Below are positions 16,972 to 31,440 of a DNA stretch of 64,000 nt, piece by piece (the stretch's first letter is position 1; each line of letters opens with the position of its first letter). A program made the position numbers and the translations under genes. A model generated the notes under the pieces. It was not told where the DNA came from. It saw only the letters and a program-made list of their open reading frames with translations, and did no database searches. Source of the DNA: the human T2T-CHM13v2.0 reference genome, Homo sapiens; assembly GCF_009914755.1 (NCBI RefSeq), contig NC_060938.1. One strand, written 5' to 3'.

Positions 16972-18337
16972 TAGCCAGGATGGTCTTGATCTCCTGACCT
17001 CATGATCCGCCCGCCTCAGCCTCCCAAAATGCTGGGATTACAGGTGAGAGCCACTACGCCCGGCTTTGCTTGTTTTTTCTTAAGGTTGTGTTGGCCACGT
17101 CGGCACCTACGCCAGTGGGGACACTTTTGCCTTGAAGCAGCCTGGTTTACTGTCAGGACATTGGAATAGAAGTCAGACGAAGCCGAAGCTGAGTCTGTGG
17201 CTTGGGACCTGTCTGTTCTCTGTAACTTCACTGTGTTTCGGGATGAATTTCCCTTAATTCTCCCTGGTCTCTGTCACTGTTTAAAATATTAGTTTGTTCA
17301 GCGTTGTTTTTCTTGCTTGCTTTCACTGTTTGTTTGAAAAATATTTTTCTTTAGAGACTGGCTAACAACCCACTCCACAAGCTGTCATTACACAGTTGTG
17401 TGTTTTAATTCATTTCTCGTTGGTATCATTTACCTTCAGGTTTGTCTCCTTAGCCTTTTAGAACTTTGGTTCTATTCCTGACTATATTAGTTACTTGTAT
17501 TCCCAGGCCCCTTGGTCCCTCACTGTGCTAGCGGGAACTCTGTATCTCCATGAGATTCACCTGCTCAGTTGAGGCGTCCTTCAGGGCCCAGTCCCATGTC
17601 CTTGGTGGGCAGCAGAGCCCTTGTGCCGGGGGCACCACAGGCAGAGATGCTCGACAGGCCCTCTAGTCCAGCCCAGCTGACACTCGGTGATCACTGGTGG
17701 CCCCTTGCCTTGCCTGCGTCGGCCTGCTCCAGGCCTCCAGCTGCAGCGCTATCCTGCCTTCCCTTTCCTCTCTCCTCCTCCATCTCTTCATCAAAGTCCT
17801 CTTCACAGTGAAAACAGGCCAACTCAGTGCAAGTGTGTTCCTTCTGTGCACCTTTTCCATTCAGCTCATCCAGAACTGATCCTTCTCTTTGAATCCCTAA
17901 AGGACTTTTTCAGCCTCTCCTAGGGCACTAGTTGTGCTTAGGATGTTTATTTGGAGACTTATCAAACCTAATAATGTCATCAGTGTTTCTCCTCCCGTGT
18001 GAGGAGCGCCTGTCATGTGCCCAGCTCTGTGGCCATGTGGTTGATCTGCTTCCGTCTGCAGTCTTTAGAGCAGCCCTGTAAGGTGGAGATGATCCCCACG
18101 GCCCAGGAGGAAAGTGAAGCTTGGAGACGGGCGGTGACATGGAGCCTGAAGCTGCATAGCCACTGGGTGGTGGCCAAGGGCCCAAACCTGGGTCTGGTGG
18201 CCTCTTTCCCCACTTGGGGGGACAGAACAGGATGTGTTTTAGAAATCTTTCTCCCCTCAATGCCCAGCATGAAGACTTTTGTATAGAAATATATTCTAGT
18301 ATTTATTGGACAGTGAATAGAATTTTTATTTCCATAG

Positions 18338-18511
18338 GAGCCCTTCTCTGGAAGATTGAACAGAAATCTAACCGGGCTTTTGCTTGTGGGAAAGTCACCA
18401 TCAAGGGGAAGCGGCACTGGTACGAAGCCCTGCCCCAGGCAGTGTTTGTGGCCCTGAGCGATGACACGGCCTGGATCATCAGGACCAGTGGGGACCTATA
18501 CTTGCAGACAG
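18338..18511 (+). CDS. TECPR2: TECPR2 coding exon 11 (174 nt, phase 1-1)
   Basis: TTTCCATAG acceptor, donor CAG|GTAACC. Encodes (G)ALLWKIEQKSNRAFACG...AWIIRTSGDLYLQT. Confidence 0.95.
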
Positions 18512-19071
18512 GTAACCGCGGGCCACGCTTAGAGGCCTGCCAGCTCTGCCGTCACTGCCTCTGCTGCACCCTGCTTTGCTAGTAACATGCTTACCACAAT
18601 CGCTATGATTAAGAGGCTAAATCCATTCGAATTAAGACACTTCTGGGAAGAGAGTATTTGCCATTTGGCATGTATTAGCAGTTTCCTGCATTGACACAAA
18701 CTCAACCCAGGACAAATTTAGGGCAAAAATGAATAGGATTATTTGGTGAGATACAGAAACAGAATCTTATTCTCCTATGGCCAACCACCGCATATCACGT
18801 ATCCTACAATGTTAGATCTTAAGAGGTAAGAATACAGAGGAAGGACATAAAATTCATTTCCCCCTTTAAGCTAAAGTTTAAGTGGCTGCATTTTTTTTTT
18901 CAGCCATATCAAAGCCCGGCTCCTATATACTTACTTACCCGTGGGCCAGGAAAAAAAAAGAAATAATTTGCTCTTTTTTATTTTGAGACGGAGTCTCGCT
19001 CTCTTGCCCAGGCTGGCATGCAGTGGTGCCATCTTGACTCACTGCAACCTCTGCCTCCTGGGTTCAAGTGA

Positions 19072-19272
<201 letters not shown>

Positions 19273-19377
19273 TAATTTGCTCTAAATAGCAGTTCAGGCC
19301 AGGTGTGGTGGCTCATGCCTGTAATCCCAACACTTTGGGAGGCCTAGACGAGCAGATCACCTGAGGTCAGGAGTTCA

Positions 19378-19590
<213 letters not shown>

Positions 19591-19869
19591 TCAAAACAAA
19601 ACAAAACAAAAATAGCAGTTCAGCAAGTCACAGGAAGCTGCCCTCAGGGAAGTTTTTAGCTGATGGAAGGGCACAGTGGGACTTGCTTATTAAAAATAAG
19701 CTGTAATGACAGTCAGTGTTTACTGTCAGCAGAATGGGGAAGGATCTTCCACCAGCAATGTGATTTATCAGTATCTGGAAGGACTGTGGGGCAGGAGTTA
19801 TCGTCAGTTGTCCAGAGGCCACGTTGGATTTATGTAAAGATCAGTCTTCCAGGCGTTTAATGTTGTTGA

Positions 19870-20115
<246 letters not shown>

Positions 20116-21251
20116 TGATCCGCCCGCCTCAGCCTCCCAAAATGCTGGCATTATAGGCGTGAGCCACCGGCCTCAGGAGCATGTTTTAATCACTGCTGTG
20201 AGTCGTCAGCTGGGGATGAGTCTTCAGGTTGAAGCTCTTGCACAGCTGGCTCTCTCCTAGCTGTGTAAGAACCTCTGGCCTGGGTGCACAGCCATGCTGG
20301 CTTCATAGGCCATATGCTGGCCCAGGTCTCTCCAGCCTAGTTCCTGTGTCTTTCTTTAAATGAAAGTAGCTCTGTCAAGGCACATGCACATCTAAGCTGC
20401 CAGGACATTTGAGCTTTGGTCATGGGGAAGACAGGAGGTGCTTCTGGCCTGGGGGTGAGGAGCGAGTGACCTCTAAACCAGTAGTGCCAGAGGAATCACC
20501 AGGACAGTGATTTCACATGAGGTGGCCCCACCCAGACCTGTTGGATTAGGTCCAATCCCTCTGGAGACTGCTCAGGAGTGTGTCGTGTAAGAAGTCCTGC
20601 CGGTGATTCCCACCTAGTTTAGTGGAAGGAAATATCACCCAAGGACTGCAATACTATAGGTGCGTCTGTGATTAGTCACGGAGCATATTTGAGTACTGAG
20701 ACCTAATTGCAGGCCTAAGGTCAAGGAATACAGGGTTGTAGGCGACAGTTGGTCTGTCTGCTCCCCTGGGAATAGCCTTTGAGCTCATTTAGACATACTT
20801 TATTGACAGAACACAAGGAGGCAAGGGGAGAGCCCTGGACAGGGAGCCAGGGACCCTGAGCTTTGGCCTGCCACTGCCTTGCAGTTTGACAGACCTCAGA
20901 TTTCATCTGGGAAATTCGGGGTTTCATTTTATTAGTGGAACCTCGCACCCAGTCAGAGCAGAGAGGAGCCGCCGTGCTGGAGCTCTCTGCAGGAACGACT
21001 GCAGGCCTCAGGTCCCTGCCAACTCCAGCAGCGCTGCAGCCCTCTGCCTGGAAGAGCTGCTCTGCCCTGCAGCCTTTGGGCCTCCATCTGGCCACTCTCC
21101 TGCTCTTGGCTTTTGTGTTCTTCTCTTAGAACTTCTTAAGCTACATTGGGACACCAGATAATTCTGAATTGTTCAGTTTTCAAAGAGTGTCTAAAACTGT
21201 TTTCAGATAGATGTTACATTTAGGCAGAATTTAACCACTTTATGTTGATTA

Positions 21252-21383
<132 letters not shown>

Positions 21384-21548
21384 CTATATTTTTAATTAAT
21401 TAATTAATTAAAGTTTTTTTTTAAAGCACTCATCATAAAAGAATATAGCAAAATACCAAAAAAGGAAAAATAAGCCAATAACCAAGTCAAAATGAGGTGT
21501 GGAGTTCTGACTGTGTGTCTTTGGGGCTTCTTCCCATCTTCCTGGCAG

Positions 21549-21729
21549 GTCTGAGCGTGGATCGCCCTTGTGCCAGAGCCGTAAAGGTGGACTGTCCCTA
21601 CCCGCTGTCCCAGATCACAGCCCGGAACAATGTGGTGTGGGCGCTGACAGAGCAGAGGGCCCTCCTGTACCGGGAGGGCGTGAGCAGCTTCTGTCCGGAA
21701 GGCGAGCAGTGGAAGTGTGACATTGTCAG
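21549..21729 (+). CDS. TECPR2: TECPR2 coding exon 12 (181 nt)
   Basis: CTTCCTGGCAG acceptor, donor CAG|GTACTG. Contains the tectonin motif VWALTEQRALLYREG. Confidence 0.95.
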
Positions 21730-22726
21730 GTACTGGCGGGCCAGAGACTCCTTTCACATCGTGCTTGTCCTACCCTTCGTTCTTGTCCACTTGACACCAC
21801 AAGGCACCATGAGGCCGTTCCTGGGAGGCAGCACCTGCAGCCTCCATGGCTATAGGCTAAGCTTGAATCTCTGCCTAATTCTGACCGGCAAACTGGACGT
21901 TGAGTCAGAGCTCGCTTTTTAAAAATGCTGCCGCCCTCTGCGCAGCCCTGAGCATCACAGCGTCATGAGTCTGTCATGACGGTCTCTATTCAGAATTGCC
22001 CACCGTCAGGTAGTTCTGGTTTAGTGTCTGTGACGGCTTAGGTCCAAATATTTTTCTTTATTTTCATGCTAATCGAAGTTGATCTCTGAACTGTAGCTTT
22101 TTTTTTTTTTTTGATACAGGTTCTCACTCTGTCACCCAGGCTGGGGTGCAGTGCCACGATCACGGCTCACTGCAGCCTTGACCTCCGGGCTCAGGTGATC
22201 CTCCTGCCTCAGCCTCCTGAGTAGCTGGGACTACAGATGCATGCCACCATGCCCAGCTAATTTTTGTATTTTTTGTAGAGATGAGTTTTGGGTTTTCATC
22301 ATGTTGCCCAGACTCATCTCGAACTCTTGGGCTCAAGCAATTCTCCTGCCTTGGCCTCCCAAAGTGCTGGGATTACAGACATGAGCCACTATGCCTGGCC
22401 CGATCTCTGAACTGTAATTTATTAAGCTATTTTTTTTTTTACCATTCAAGATGTTAGTTATAGAATTGCCATCAGATCATTTTACTAGTATGGAAGTATT
22501 AATAGTCCTTTGAAAAACTAGATTAGGATATTCTTGGTTTGAATTTAGCAAGCCAATAAACTTTCAGTGAATACCTATTAAGAGCCAGAATGGTCCAGGT
22601 GTGGTGGCTCACGCCTGTAATCCCAACACTTTGGAAGGCCAAGGCAGGCGGATCACGAGGTCAAGAGTTCGAGACCAGACTGACCAACATAGTGAAATCC
22701 CGTCTCTATTAAAAATACAAAAATTA

Positions 22727-22843
<117 letters not shown>

Positions 22844-23236
22844 TCAAAAAACAGACAGACAAAAAAAAGCAACAACAACAAAAAGCCAGAATGGTGCTAG
22901 GGGCTGGGTGCGCCAAGAGGGCTGAGACTGGCCCTGCTCTCATCAGTTCCAAGTCTCATGGGGGCCCCGTGCATGGATGGACACCCATTAGCACAGATGG
23001 CCCTAAACAGGAGTGTGGAGCATGCAGCACTGAGGGAACCATGGACTCCATGCAGAGATCAGGAAGGCAGCGTGCAGAGTGGACCAACAGCTAAGCCTTG
23101 AAGCTGACGAGGACTTCCCCATATGGAAGGAGGGGGAGGGCGTCTCCAGCAAAGAGGGCAGTGTCTGCCTAGGTCCAGCTGCACAGAATAGCCTGGCACA
23201 TCGGGGGAGTTTACAGTCATTCCCTTGGTGAGGGAG

Positions 23237-23414
23237 GGAGTAGAGAGATGGAGGCGCTCAGGGGCCTTGGATTGGCGGGGGAAGGAGTAGAGAGATGGAG
23301 GCACTCAGGGGCCTTGGATTGGCGGGGGAAGGAGTAGAGAGATGGAGGCACTCAGGGGCCTTGGATTGGTAGGGGAAGGAGTAGAGAGATGGAGGCGCTC
23401 AGGGGCCTTGGATT
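23237..23414. repeat. 47-bp minisatellite, 3.8 copies
   Basis: Unit GGAGTAGAGAGATGGAGGCRCTCAGGGGCCTTGGATTGGCGGGGGAA starts at 23237, 23284, 23331 and 23378. Confidence 0.97.
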
Positions 23415-23706
23415 CCTTTTGTGCCTACTCGCTTTTTTCTTAGGTTATTTTCTCTCTTAAGAGTGTTCCCGGCCATTCTGGGTCATCAGTGTGTCTTTCA
23501 AAAGCTGCCACCCACTTGAACCATATCTCTTGCACAGTAATTTAACTCAGACCCAAACTTCCTTCCCTGGCACCTGCTGATCCGCTCCAGGGCCACGTCT
23601 CTTCTCCCAGCCACGCCTGCCGGGAGACCCTGGATGTCCGCAGTCCAGACACACTGGGCACTCTGCCTATGGGTGCTGACCCCCCTGTTCTCCTCCTTAT
23701 TTTCAG

Positions 23707-23848
23707 CGAAAGGCAAGCTTTAGAACCCGTCTGCATAACGCTCGGGGATCAGCAGACTCTCTGGGCCCTGGACATCCATGGGAACCTGTGGTTCAGAACT
23801 GGCATTATTTCCAAGAAGCCCCAAGGAGATGACGACCATTGGTGGCAA
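23707..23848 (+). CDS. TECPR2: TECPR2 coding exon 13 (142 nt)
   Basis: TTATTTTCAG acceptor, donor CAA|GTAGGT. Contains the tectonin motif LWALDIHGNLWFRTG...DDDHWWQ. Confidence 0.95.
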
Positions 23849-23950
23849 GTAGGTGTTCAGCTCTGCGCCACGTGCCGAGGTCTCCCGACCTTTTCTGCTT
23901 CCCCTTTTCTTACTTCTCTCTTTTCCTTAACGATACTAGATTAAATTTAA

Positions 23951-24151
<201 letters not shown>

Positions 24152-24298
24152 TAGAGACAGGGTTTTGGCATGTTGTGCAGGCTGGTCTCAAACTCCTGAG
24201 CTCAAGAGATCCACCCAGACTGGGCAGAGTGGCTCACACCTGTAATCCCAGCAATTTGAGAGGCCAAGGCAGGCAGATCACTCGAGTCCAGGAGTTCA

Positions 24299-24448
<150 letters not shown>

Positions 24449-25196
24449 TCACACCACCACACTCCAACCTGGGCAACAGAGCTAGACCCTGTCTCAAAAT
24501 AAATAAAAATAAAAAAGAGAGAGAGAGAGAAATCCACCCTCTCCGCCTCCCAAAGTGCTGGGATTACAAGTGGAGCCACCACTCCCAGCCAATAGTATTC
24601 CTTTTTTCTATTTGATGGATTAGACTTTGCTGTGTTTGAGTGCATTAGAAACATAAAGGACTTTTCATCATAGGAAATAATTTGCAAACTCTTTGTGTAA
24701 ATAATGCACTTAATTTATTTATTTTGATATTGTTTATATATTTATTATTATAGGCTAAATAAACCCAGTGACATCCATTTGAAGACCTAGGTAATAATGA
24801 TGTTTAATTATGAACAAATGTGCTGAGAAAAGAGCCCAGATAATAGGTTTGAAAGCCCAACCCAGAATTAAAATTGAGCTGTCTCTGCTTATTCAGAAGG
24901 CCTCTAAGTAGATGGTATTTCAGCAAAGACAGGAGAATTTTCCCACGTGCTTCCAGAAAAGGAAACACTATAAGAAACAGGATGAGGGTATAATCAAGCT
25001 CACTGTGTGTGATTTGGTCCCAGCAAGAGCGCCTAGAATGAATTTCTCTTTTCTTTTTCTTTTCTTTTTTTCTGGGGCAGAGTCTCACTCTTTTGCCCAC
25101 ACTGGAGTGTGGTGGCAGGATCACGACCCACCTCAGCCTCCCAAGTAGCTGGGACCACAGGCACATGCCACCATGCCTGGCTAATTATTTTGGTAG

Positions 25197-25310
<114 letters not shown>

Positions 25311-25417
25311 TAGAATGGATTTTCAAAGGAGTGTCTACTTTCCCCTTCTTTGGTATAGTTTAGTGTTAGTGTTGCTCCCACAGTCTCCCACTGTGGTAGG
25401 TAAGATTTCACTGATAG

Positions 25418-25708
<291 letters not shown>

Positions 25709-26483
25709 TAGGCGTGAACCACCGCGCCCGGCCAGTATTTGATGTTTCTGAAGTATCTTGCCCCATTGGTTTATGTTTTATTGTCACCTCAGACTTGCTT
25801 TGTTGAAGGCTTGTCTTGCATTGACTGCTCTGAGGTCTTTCAGATGAGAATGTAGAAAAATGAGTTGTGTTTACTCTTTGATAAAATATGTATTCTATAT
25901 AATATGTACATTATATACAGATGTATCTAATTTATATACTAGGTAATATTTGATAGTCATGCAAATGATTTTAAAATACCTTTTGTGTACTTGTAACCAT
26001 ATATATACATATACATGTAAAAATATACATATATGTATTTTTGTAGAGACAGGGTTTCACCATGTTGGCAGGCTGGTCTGGAACTCCTGACCTCAAGTAA
26101 TCCACCTGCCTTGGCCTCCCAAAGTGCTGGGATTACAGGCGTGAGCCACTGTGCCCGACCAGGAGTAGGGCATTTATGCCAGTGATGTTTTATGTAATCA
26201 AACCCAGCAGGGCAGAAATGTGAGTGAACATCATGGAGAATCAGATTTTCACTCATAAAGAATTTGCCTTATATCAAGCTGCCCAAGAAGAGAAGAGCTT
26301 CCTGCAGGGAGGGGTGGTTGGAGAAATGTCTGAGGTATATGAATGCTTTTCAGGAATGTTATAGAAGCAAGCTACCCTTCTGAGCTAGGGTTAGAGTCTA
26401 GATACCCAGGATGGTCCTAGTTGATGCTCTTGCCCTGGAGTAATTATTAGTAGTCCCAATTCAGATCATAAATTAGTTCATCA

Positions 26484-26781
<298 letters not shown>

Positions 26782-27529
26782 TCATCACTCTACTTGTGAT
26801 ACCTTTTTAGATGCATATTATGTTTCTAAGTACCGTATACTGTTGTCCATTGGAAATACCTGATTTAAAAGCAAAATTAAAGCTGGGCATAGTGTTTCAT
26901 GCCAGTAATCCCAACACTTTGGGAGGCCAAGGCAGGGAGATCACTTGAGCCCAGAAGTTCAAGACCAGCCCTGGGCAACACAGGGAGACCTGTCTCTACA
27001 AAAAATTTAAAAATTGGCTACATGTAGTAGCATTCGCCTGTATTTGGGAGGCTGAGGTGGGAGGATTGCTTGATCCTGGAAGTCAAGGCTGAGTATGATT
27101 GTGCCACTGCATTCCAGCCTGGATGCCAGAGCAAGACTGTCTCAGAAAAGATGGCAAAATTATTCTTTCTCACTCTGATTAGAATGAAAGTCTTCTTAGA
27201 AGGGGTGTGAGGGGGTGATAATCACAAAAGTAATACATGCTTGTAACAGATCCATGTTGTATAAAAGTATATAAAATGTGAATATATTCTTCCATACCTT
27301 TAAATCCAACCCTACGAAGGAGCTGGAGTTAGCATTAGCAGTTTGATGGCATCCTGCCACATTTTTTTGGTCCTTTCACAAGCGCACACGTGCACATTTG
27401 TGTTTGGATGGTCATCTTGTTACTAGAAATGCAGAGGTGTGGACCTGAGCTAGAACCTTCCCTCAAGGCAGAGAGTCTACACTTGTAACTGCTCTGACAG
27501 CAGGGCTTTTGCTTGTCTCCTCCTTCCAG

Positions 27530-27770
27530 GTGAGCATCACGGACTATGTGGTGTTTGACCAGTGCAGCTTATTTCAGACGATAATCCATGCCACTCACTC
27601 GGTGGCCACAGCAGCCCAAGCCCCCGTAGAAAAGGTGGCAGATAAGCTGCGCATGGCGTTTTGGTCCCAGCAGCTTCAGTGCCAGCCAAGCCTTCTCGGG
27701 GTCAATAACAGCGGTGTCTGGATCTCCTCGGGCAAGAATGAATTCCACGTCGCTAAGGGAAGTCTCATAG
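27530..27770 (+). CDS. TECPR2: TECPR2 coding exon 14 (241 nt)
   Basis: TCTCCTCCTTCCAG acceptor, donor TAG|GTGGGT. Encodes VSITDYVVFDQCSLFQ...HVAKGSLI. Confidence 0.95.
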
Positions 27771-28460
27771 GTGGGTGAATTGCTGTAATTTTCACACTGG
27801 CTTTATAGGCAGCCTCACTTTAAAGCCAACATTTAAAGAAAAGCTTTAAGATCTCAACTTGAAAAGATAATTTAGTGCCAGTGGTATGAAGTGTCTAGTG
27901 GAGGCACTCTATGCTTTGTGATCAGTTTCTCTCCTTTTTAAAAAATCTGTCATTCCTAAAACTCGTATCCCTGTGTCTGGATAGTGTTTCCCCTGGAAAC
28001 CTTTTATGACATAAGAAAAGCAAATGGAGGTCATTTTTATGTTAACAATTTCACATTTTAAATGAAAAAATCCACCCAAACCTAGTGAGAGAGAATGGTC
28101 CACTTCCTGGAGGGAAGGTGATCGCCACTGTTGGAAATGCAAGGCTCTGGCCAGGTCTGTGAATGTAGATGCCAGTCTACACATCCTGGGGTTTGTTTCT
28201 GTGAGTGAACCCCTTGCTTTTCTCCAGCCCTCTCCCTGCTGCATGGCCTCCACGACCCTGGACTGGGTGTGGCTCTGCCTGGCAGTATTCAGAGGGAGAT
28301 GAATGTTAGGCTGTGATTGCTCATGTCGCTTTATTTAGGGACACTCTAGAATTATCTGGAGAAAGGGTTTGAAGGCCAGCTGTCGTCCAGAACTAAGATC
28401 TGAAGTGGTTTTGTCTATGCTTTCTTTCTTTAACACATTCTTCCTATTTACTCTTTCCAG

Positions 28461-28550
28461 GCACCTACTGGAATCATGTGGTTCCCCGTGGGACAGCTTC
28501 TGCTACAAAATGGGCCTTTGTGTTGGCTTCTGCAGCTCCCACGAAGGAAG
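28461..28550 (+). CDS. TECPR2: TECPR2 coding exon 15 (90 nt, phase 1-1)
   Basis: CTCTTTCCAG acceptor, donor AAG|GTGGGT. Encodes (G)TYWNHVVPRGTASATKWAFVLASAAPTKE. Confidence 0.94.
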
Positions 28551-29334
28551 GTGGGTCAGTCTTAGCCTCACTGAAGAATCTAGAGCACAGCTTGGCCATT
28601 GGAAAGGTTCAAACCACAGTCGGACTGTGGCCTTGTTGGTTATGGGGCATGCCTCGGAGACTGACCACGTGAGGGTGTCAGAGGCCAGTAGCCCTTGTTA
28701 GCTGAGCCGAGGGCCCTGAATCGGGATAGGCCTGACCAGGAGAGCCTCTGAGAGGGACCGAGCGTGGTGAAGATGAGGGAAAGTGTCCTTCTGAAGGAGG
28801 GGCTCACACAGTGCAGCCACCGGGGCTGGCAGCTGGTGACTTCCAGTGGCACATGGCAGGGGCCACAGCTTCTTTGGGCACCTTCCCATCTCCCCTCGAG
28901 AATCCTTCTGTCACCTCCCAGCAACTTCCTTCCGTCTTGTTCACAGCCTCCGGATAACCTAAGTCCGACATTTGCACCGCATTAGGCAGACCTGCCCTGC
29001 AGCGGGGTGCTCCTGCCAACCACATTCTGGGCAGAACTCAGTGTCCCTGCGGAGTACAGGGTTTGTGAGGGAGCCAGGGCACCAGAGGGTGAGGGAGCTG
29101 GCATCTGCGGCCGGGAGGGGCACTTCCCCCACCCGCTTAGCTGGGAGCCCCGGCAGTCAGGCGACCTCTCTGGGAAGTAGCTGTACCTCCTCCCAGGATT
29201 GCCTGAGGATGAAATGCAAAGATGCTGTGAAATCTGTGGTGAAGAGGGAATCGTTTGCTTAGTTCAAACCATTAGTCCCACTAGGATGCAGGTGACTGGG
29301 TCAGTACAATAACTTCTTACTCACCAGATTGTTC

Positions 29335-29625
29335 GGACCACAGTTCTGGAACCCAGAAATCTCTGAAAACAATGTTATTTCTTGAGTCTGGCATAAATTA
29401 ATTTGGCAGCAAAACCTGACCGGATCTCACATAGCTGCCTCCAGCCTTGGTTGATCTGTTGGCTGTGACCGCATCCATGTTGCAGGGATGTTACCGCACT
29501 TCACCGGGGAGCGCCTGGCCCCTCCGTGGTTGTTTTGTAAACCTCTGGCATACCCATTAGCTTAGGTTTTCAAAAATCCAGAAAAAGTTTGAATTCCAAA
29601 ACGTGGCCACAAGTTGTAGATAATA
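29335..29625 (+). mobile_element. MER46C-like Tigger-family fragment
   Basis: ATTTGGCAGCAAAACCTGACC and AAAATCCAGAAAAAGTTTGAATTCCAAAAC resemble the recalled consensus. Confidence 0.5.
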
Positions 29626-30294
29626 CTTCATATAACGTACTGTGACCAAGATTTTAACTGCCCTAAGGATTATTTGCATTTTAAACAGAATCTGTTAAAC
29701 CTAAAGGACTTTTTTAAAATGCTGTAGGGAATGAAAGGACATGATTTTGAGGCAAGGGTGGGAAGAGAAGCACTTCCAGCTTCCTAAGCCTTCTCCAGCA
29801 GCTGCCCCACCCCCCGGCCCCATCCCCAGAAGGTCCGGGAGAGCACCATGGCGCCATCCTTCCTAGGAACTGCCAACCCTCCCTCCCTCCAGGGCACCGA
29901 GTTGATAGTCTTCTCCTCTTGGTAAAATTAACTTTCTACATTAAAAATGCTTTGGTGCCTTTGTTCAAGTGAAAAACTTCTCAGCCCATGAAAAATGGGA
30001 GGTCAAAGCCACTAAGCCAACATTATGGCCTTCATAAAATCTCCTAAGCCTTGCCTTCTTTCCATTTCTTTCCAACATCTCAGGCGTGTTTCTTGTTAGT
30101 CACGGTGTTTCCCTCTGCCTTCTACCTTAAAGTGCTACACCGCTCCTGCCCGTGTGGGAATGGGCAGGTGAGTGAGCTGGCATCTGTGGCCAGGTGGCTA
30201 GCGTCTGCTGAAAGGCAAAGGCTGCCTTGTGCATTTAGGGCAGGCGGCTTGGTGCAGACAACACCTCGATGACAAACATGACCCCTTTCTGCAG

Positions 30295-30528
30295 GAAGCT
30301 TCCTGTGGCTGTGCCAGAGCAGCAAGGACCTGTGCAGCGTCAGCGCCCAGAGCGCACAGTCGCGGCCCTCCACGGTGCAGCTGCCTCCCGAAGCCGAGAT
30401 GCGCGCCTATGCCGCCTGCCAGGATGCGCTGTGGGCGCTGGACAGCCTCGGCCAGGTGTTCATCAGGACGCTCTCCAAGAGCTGCCCCACGGGCATGCAC
30501 TGGACCAGGCTGGACCTCTCCCAGCTAG
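30295..30528 (+). CDS. TECPR2: TECPR2 coding exon 16 (234 nt, phase 1-1)
   Basis: CCCTTTCTGCAG acceptor, donor TAG|GTACGG. Encodes (G)SFLWLCQSSKDLCSVSAQ...LWALDSLGQVFIRTLSKSCPTGMHWTRLDLSQL. The true frame is not among the listed ORFs. Confidence 0.95.
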   Translation, partial: EASCGCARAARTCAASAPRAHSRGPPRCSCLPKPRCAPMPPARMRCGRWTASARCSSGRSPRAAPRACTGPGWTSPS

Positions 30529-31266
30529 GTACGGCCACCTCGTGAGTACACCTGCCGGTGCCCTGACTGCCCTAAACCGGCATCACAACGTGATGTCGGA
30601 CAAAACTGCCCGGCCTGTGTCCAACCTGTGAGAGTTCTGAGGGGGTGTTTATAAGCTGCTGAATTTCAGGAGCTCAGTTGGCCACTCTTTCAGACTAGAC
30701 AGGCTCTGGGTTTTGTCCCTTCCCCTGCCCCTTAGAGTTTGCAGGGCTGTCAGAACCCGAGGAGGGTGTGCGTCCTCAGGTCAAGGGGCCACTCGCTGCG
30801 AGCGGCTTGAAGGATACTGGTGATGCAGCTGCCCCGTCAGTCTTTCTGAATATGGAACATAGCTTTATGACCTGAAAAGCTGAAAAGATGGGTGTTCCCT
30901 ATGACAGGATCAGTGCCACGTTTGTCTATCTCCTCAGGACAGTACCTGGCGGAGGAGAGTGGCTCAGCACACAGGTGCTAGCTCTCCTTCAGCTCAGCCA
31001 GATATAGGAGGACCTGCATCCACTAGCTCCTGCTTTTCTCTGAATCTTCTATCAAAAGCCGTGGAGTAGGCTAAGAAATGTAGTGCTATTTGTAGGCCGG
31101 GCGCAGTGGCTCACACTTGTCATCCCAGCACTTTAGGAGGCTGAGGTGGGTGGATCACCTGAGATCAAGAGTTCGAGACCAGCCTGGCCAACATGGTGAC
31201 ACCCTGTCTCTACTAAAAATACAAAAAAAAATTAGGTGGGCGTGGCAGTGCACGCCTGTAGTCTCA

Positions 31267-31440
<174 letters not shown>

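Noticed and set aside
21391-21412. 22-bp perfect palindrome TTTAATTAATTAATTAATTAAA
   Set aside because: (TTAA)n microsatellite derived from a FLAM tail.
23237-23414. Regularly spaced repeats superficially like a CRISPR array
   Set aside because: Head-to-tail units with no unique spacers, eukaryotic intron, no cas genes.
30198-30631. Overlapping alternative-frame and antisense ORFs over exon 16 (likewise exons 8-10)
   Set aside because: Expected from GC-rich codon usage. Relevant only as frameshift read-through frames.
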